Shown here: positions 60,601-64,000 of the stretch, one piece after another
Layout of the letters: every line of letters starts with the position of its first letter
Position numbering within the stretch: position 1 is the stretch's first letter
Assembly (NCBI GenBank): GCA_002633005.1
Contig: NMRA01000135.1
Coordinates: 185,115 to 249,114 of the forward strand
Direction of reading: 5' to 3'
From: Phoronis australis
Lineage: Eukaryota > Animalia > Phoronida
Length of the DNA stretch: 64,000 nt
Made by a program: the position numbers and the translations under genes
The notes under the pieces: model-generated
The model's input: the letters and a program-made list of their open reading frames with translations, nothing else
Databases searched by the model: none
Told to the model about the DNA's origin: nothing

Positions 60601-62618
60601 TAGCTTCAGATCGAAATATATGCAAATATAATCGACATGAATACATACATTGAATTCTTTCTTAGCAATTCGAGTAACTTTTAATGTCTTGTTTATAACT
60701 TGTGCTACCCGTAATATGAATATTTGTAGAATCTCTGATCTTATTGTAATAGAATTTCTTTTTCCGTATATGCATACTTTCCCACTCATGTCTGTAATGT
60801 GAATATTTGTAATAAGACTCATAAGATGGGAGGTGGTAGGAGATGCAGATGTTTTAAACCCCGGTGGACCGAGGACTCATCAACTAAGTATTAGGCACTA
60901 AGCAAGGCAGAGAGAGACCGGCTGAGGTATAGAGGCAAGGATGAGACTTTTTTCGTACTCTGAGACTGAGTTTCATATAGAAAAACAAGGTTTCTAGGAA
61001 GGCGGTCCAGTTTTACAAACGTAAGCAAAGGGTTAAAGATGAAGAAACACTGCTAAGTCTTGTAATTTAGATTGAAACACTTTTTGGAGGAAGATTAGAG
61101 AAATTGGCACAGGAAAAGAACGCGTCCAGGCTAGACAGGTGACTTGCCAAAAGGGTCCGTAAACACAAGCACTGGTTTGAGAAATGGTCGAAATTGTATG
61201 TCTTAGAAGAAAGTGAGGATTCGGACAGTGATATTAATGGTGATATCAGAGAACAACTTAAGTCTTTTGGGCATGCCATTAACCGCTTATTTCAAAGTTG
61301 ATCTGCTGCCGGGATCGAATCGATTTTAGGTTTGCAAGCTTGTTGTTTTACCATGGTACATTAGGAGAAACGAAACAACTTACCTTTGAAAAAAACTGTC
61401 CATCAGCGAACCTCCATCCTTTGCCCGCTGGTGTCAGGGGTTCAATATAATTACATCGTTTGTTTTGCACATATAGTCTTTGATCGAACACGTTAGTGAA
61501 ATACACGCGCTTGTTGTACACAAAGAACGCGCCTCCCCCGACAGAGTGTACAAGGCTAAACACATGGTAACCAGGGGGCGTCCAAGTATGCACGTCTGTG
61601 TCGCCTTCTGTGTAGGACACAATAACACCCCTACCGCCCTCTTGTGGTCGGAGCTCATTCCAGTAAACGGTGCCTGAAAGAGTTGCGAGATCGCTGTCTC
61701 CTCATATTATCTACTGCTGTGCGGATTCTTTGTTAGAGCGTTTCGAGAAGTACTAGAAACAAGCAAAACTTAAGCGCACTGCTACATTAACGTTATTCAC
61801 ATGGTAACATTATGTCTGTCTCAAATGCAACAGTATCATGTGCGAAGCTCTTGTCCTGCTTTTTCACATCCAATCGTGTAATTCACTATCTCGTGATTGT
61901 CCTAATTGTGCAATTCATCAGTGCAATGTAGGCAAACTTGTATTATTGCAATGGTGATATTAAAAAATTGTTGGATGTAATAATATGGCGTGCCTGACCT
62001 TCTGAAAAGTACGTCAGTCGTTGAGAGGAGAGTTCAATCAAGAATGACCCAATTACACTCTCTCAATCACACAGAAAGTCAATGTTCAAAACCCGTTTAG
62101 CGACATGTAATAACTAATTTCATACCACAATATTAGCCTCGAATGGCAGATACAACCGTGTAATAACCCATAAAGTTATCTCACTAGCGAGATAACATTT
62201 TGGTGGGAAACCGAGGCCGGATTGCGAACCCGGGCCTCAACAGTTGCGAGTCGCCGACTTTACCACTACTGGAACAAGTATAGGGAACAAGTTGGCTTAC
62301 AGACCATGTTTGAATTGAAGCATATCGACAGACATAGCCGAAACAGTCGATAGATTCTCATTGCAGCACATTTATATTACTTCCTAGTGCAACGGAACTA
62401 GTTGGTTGAAGAACTAGTGCAGGCGTTACATTGTTCTTGCGGTGACTGTCGTTAACAGATCACCGTCATATACACACGCACACACGCACACACGCGCGCA
62501 CACTCACCTCTTTTCACTGGGTCAACCATAATTGGCGGTGCAAAGTTGATGACGCCTTCTGTTGCTATTTCACTAGTAATGGGTGTACGCCAAGACCCGT
62601 ACTCTGCTTCTATGACAC
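42658..62618 (-). CDS. S9-family serine peptidase (prolyl oligopeptidase / acylaminoacyl peptidase-like); first exon not identified
   Basis: Fifteen phase-consistent GT-AG exons: 62618-62508, 61673-61384, 57609-57589 (microexon), 56923-56807, 56244-56158, 56054-55977, 55313-55083, 54503-54339, 52434-52306, 50049-49853, 49214-49057, 45608-45418, 44785-44704, 43692-43583, 42693-42658 (TAG), about 667 codons in total. Motifs: [35 protein letters not shown], nucleophile [14 protein letters not shown], acid GTLDPVVPP, base GERHGL. Confidence 0.93.
42923..43098. mobile_element. Hairpin MITE of about 175 bp in the last intron of the S9 peptidase gene
   Basis: AAACTTCGTTGAAGACACGACTGTAC...TTTGACAGCTT...AATACAAACTC is mirrored by GAGTTTGTATT-AAGCTGTCAAA...GTACAGTCGTGTCTTCAACGAAGTTT, with a perfect 26-bp outer arm. 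Confidence 0.8.
46990..47237. mobile_element. GC-rich MITE (hAT-like) with 15-bp TIRs
   Basis: CATGCGCGCACCCAG ... CTGGGTGCGCGCATG perfect TIRs. No clear 8-bp TSD. Confidence 0.7.
49440..49822 (+). mobile_element. 3' end of a CR1-group LINE with (GAA)n tail
   Basis: Translates as [34 protein letters not shown], matching the CR1 ORF2 terminal motif RT..Y..SFF...(I)..WN.LP. It is followed by a 3' UTR and a GAAGAAGAAGAC repeat. Confidence 0.7.
50390..50600 (-). mobile_element. Possible decayed hAT (ZMYM1/TTF-type) transposase N-terminus
   Basis: The minus strand reads [28 protein letters not shown]..., similar to the KK.SG...RK.K start of hAT-type transposases. It contains a stop and a frameshift. 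Confidence 0.3.
51416..51833. mobile_element. MITE with TIRs of about 45 bp and internal TTATTACTGGAATAA repeats
   Basis: TGTAGGCCAAGTGCGACGTAAGTC... versus ...GACTTACGTTGCACTTGGTTTACG, with subterminal repeats in both orientations. Confidence 0.7.
56599..56738. mobile_element. Short MITE with 17-bp imperfect TIRs
   Basis: GGGTAGAGTTCAATAGC ... GCTACTGAACTCTACCC, with internal GCGAGA/TCTCGC motifs. Confidence 0.65.
62200..62272 (-). mobile_element. tRNA-derived SINE head or tRNA pseudogene
   Basis: The minus strand reads AGTGGTAAAGTCGGCGACTCGCAACTGTTGAGGCCCGGGTTCGCAATCCGGCCTCGG, with A-box-like and B-box-like (GGTTCG) motifs but a poor acceptor stem. Confidence 0.5.
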
Positions 62619-62976
62619 CTAAGCATATAAGTGCAGAAAAAGGCTTTCAACTTCGCATGAACATAAAAAGACTCAAGCGGCGCGAGAAAACATTTAACAT
62701 GATTTTTATGGTGAAAAAGGGTGCCCCATTTTGTACCGCATAAGACTTTGAAGGAAGTTCCGCATGAAGCTCTAATATTGTATACAGACACTGCCTGTCT
62801 TATACGACTTTTACAAGTAATCGACTTGGGTAGATAACACTTCTCGAGCTGAAAGTGGAGCATTTCTGATTTTGTTCCGATCCAGGAAAAGTCATGTACG
62901 ATGCTTGGACCAAACATTAAAGACACACACTAACGTCTTTGTTGCTTCTTGTCAGGGAGGGAGAAAAGGAGAGGGG

Positions 62977-63314
62977 NNNNNNNNNNNNNNNNNNNNNNNN
63001 NNNNNNNNNNNNNNNNNNNNNNNNNNNNNNNNNNNNNNNNNNNNNNNNNNNNNNNNNNNNNNNNNNNNNNNNNNNNNNNNNNNNNNNNNNNNNNNNNNNN
63101 NNNNNNNNNNNNNNNNNNNNNNNNNNNNNNNNNNNNNNNNNNNNNNNNNNNNNNNNNNNNNNNNNNNNNNNNNNNNNNNNNNNNNNNNNNNNNNNNNNNN
63201 NNNNNNNNNNNNNNNNNNNNNNNNNNNNNNNNNNNNNNNNNNNNNNNNNNNNNNNNNNNNNNNNNNNNNNNNNNNNNNNNNNNNNNNNNNNNNNNNNNNN
63301 NNNNNNNAGGGAGG

Positions 63315-63358
<44 letters not shown>

Positions 63359-63370
63359 GAGAGAGAGAGG
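62977..63370. other. Assembly gap (N run 62977-63307) flanked by a (GA)n microsatellite
   Basis: 331 Ns bordered by GA/GGA-rich repeats. Confidence 0.98.
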
Positions 63371-64000
63371 GATGTTTGCGAACATTATGTTTAAAAATTT
63401 AAGAAACCAAACCGAACCAAACCCATAATAATTTGCTGCCAGTTCAACAACAGATGTTCCCTAAATTAGAATGCGTTAAGTACGCGTCACTGCCATGTAG
63501 TTTCTTTGATCTTAACAATTTAACTGGCTGTTTACGTAGGTCCTAAAGATTTCGTCACGAGGATCAAACATCAATGACCATTTTTGAGATTTCACTCATC
63601 TAGCTTCAATTCGGAGCGCCTCTATGTCATCGAGGTCGGCTTATAACTAATTTGCCAGGCACAATCACGATGGCGAGTAGGCCTAGATGAAGCTCAATAA
63701 ATACTTGTGGACAATTTTGTTCATCTCCCTAAGAATATAGATTTACACGCTATTGAACTCCATGTTTGGGGGTATTGTAAAGATTTTTCTGTCTGTTTGA
63801 CTTCAGTTAAAACTATAACGAAGTCTAGTTTAGCCTGTCAATATATCTAGAACACTAATGTCTGAAAAATTGTTATACCCTGTAACCATCAACAGTTTAG
63901 AGCACTAGGCACGGTAAAAACTGGCAAACCGTGGTTGACGCTATCTACAAATCTCCAGTTTTTCCTGTCACAGAGACACCACATCGGTGTGTTTTGCGCT

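Noticed and set aside
62200-62272. Functional tRNA gene
   Set aside because: The acceptor and anticodon stems do not pair properly and the T-loop has an insertion; treated as a SINE head or pseudogene.
42658-62618. Bacterial contamination or recent horizontal transfer of the S9 peptidase
   Set aside because: The gene is split by at least 14 canonical spliceosomal introns containing host repeats.
62872-63428. Long ORFs with X runs and ER/RE repeats
   Set aside because: Artefacts of the N gap and the (GA)n microsatellite.
63380-64000. First (signal peptide) exon of the S9 peptidase
   Set aside because: No ATG-initiated open frame ending at a phase-1 donor was found; the exon is probably beyond the window or within the gap.

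Overview
Intron-rich, AT-rich animal (probably invertebrate) genomic DNA; no prokaryotic operons, CRISPR arrays or rRNA genes were seen. Manual splice reconstruction supports four genes. (1) The 5' part of an NWD1/NWD2-like DUF4062 (NACHT-WD40 type) gene on the minus strand, running off the left edge. (2) The C-terminal exons of a THADA-like gene on the plus strand (8054-13257), whose missing upstream exons would have to overlap the NWD-like gene or have decayed. (3) A complete 4-exon SLC25A29-like mitochondrial basic amino acid carrier (22610-31457, +). (4) A >=15-exon S9-family (prolyl oligopeptidase clan) serine peptidase on the minus strand (42658-62618) with an intact Ser/Asp/His triad, a candidate 21-nt microexon and no identified first exon. 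Mobile DNA includes an Academ-like TIR element with a 3-bp TSD inserted into a Penelope-like remnant, a THAP-carrying Kolobok-like element with TTAA TSDs, LINE 3' tails, tRNA-derived SINE heads, MITEs and tandem repeats. The most unusual features are a 20-copy 19-bp array built from a 5' splice donor and the apparent antisense interleaving of the THADA-like and NWD-like genes. All calls were made by eye; no database searches were run.
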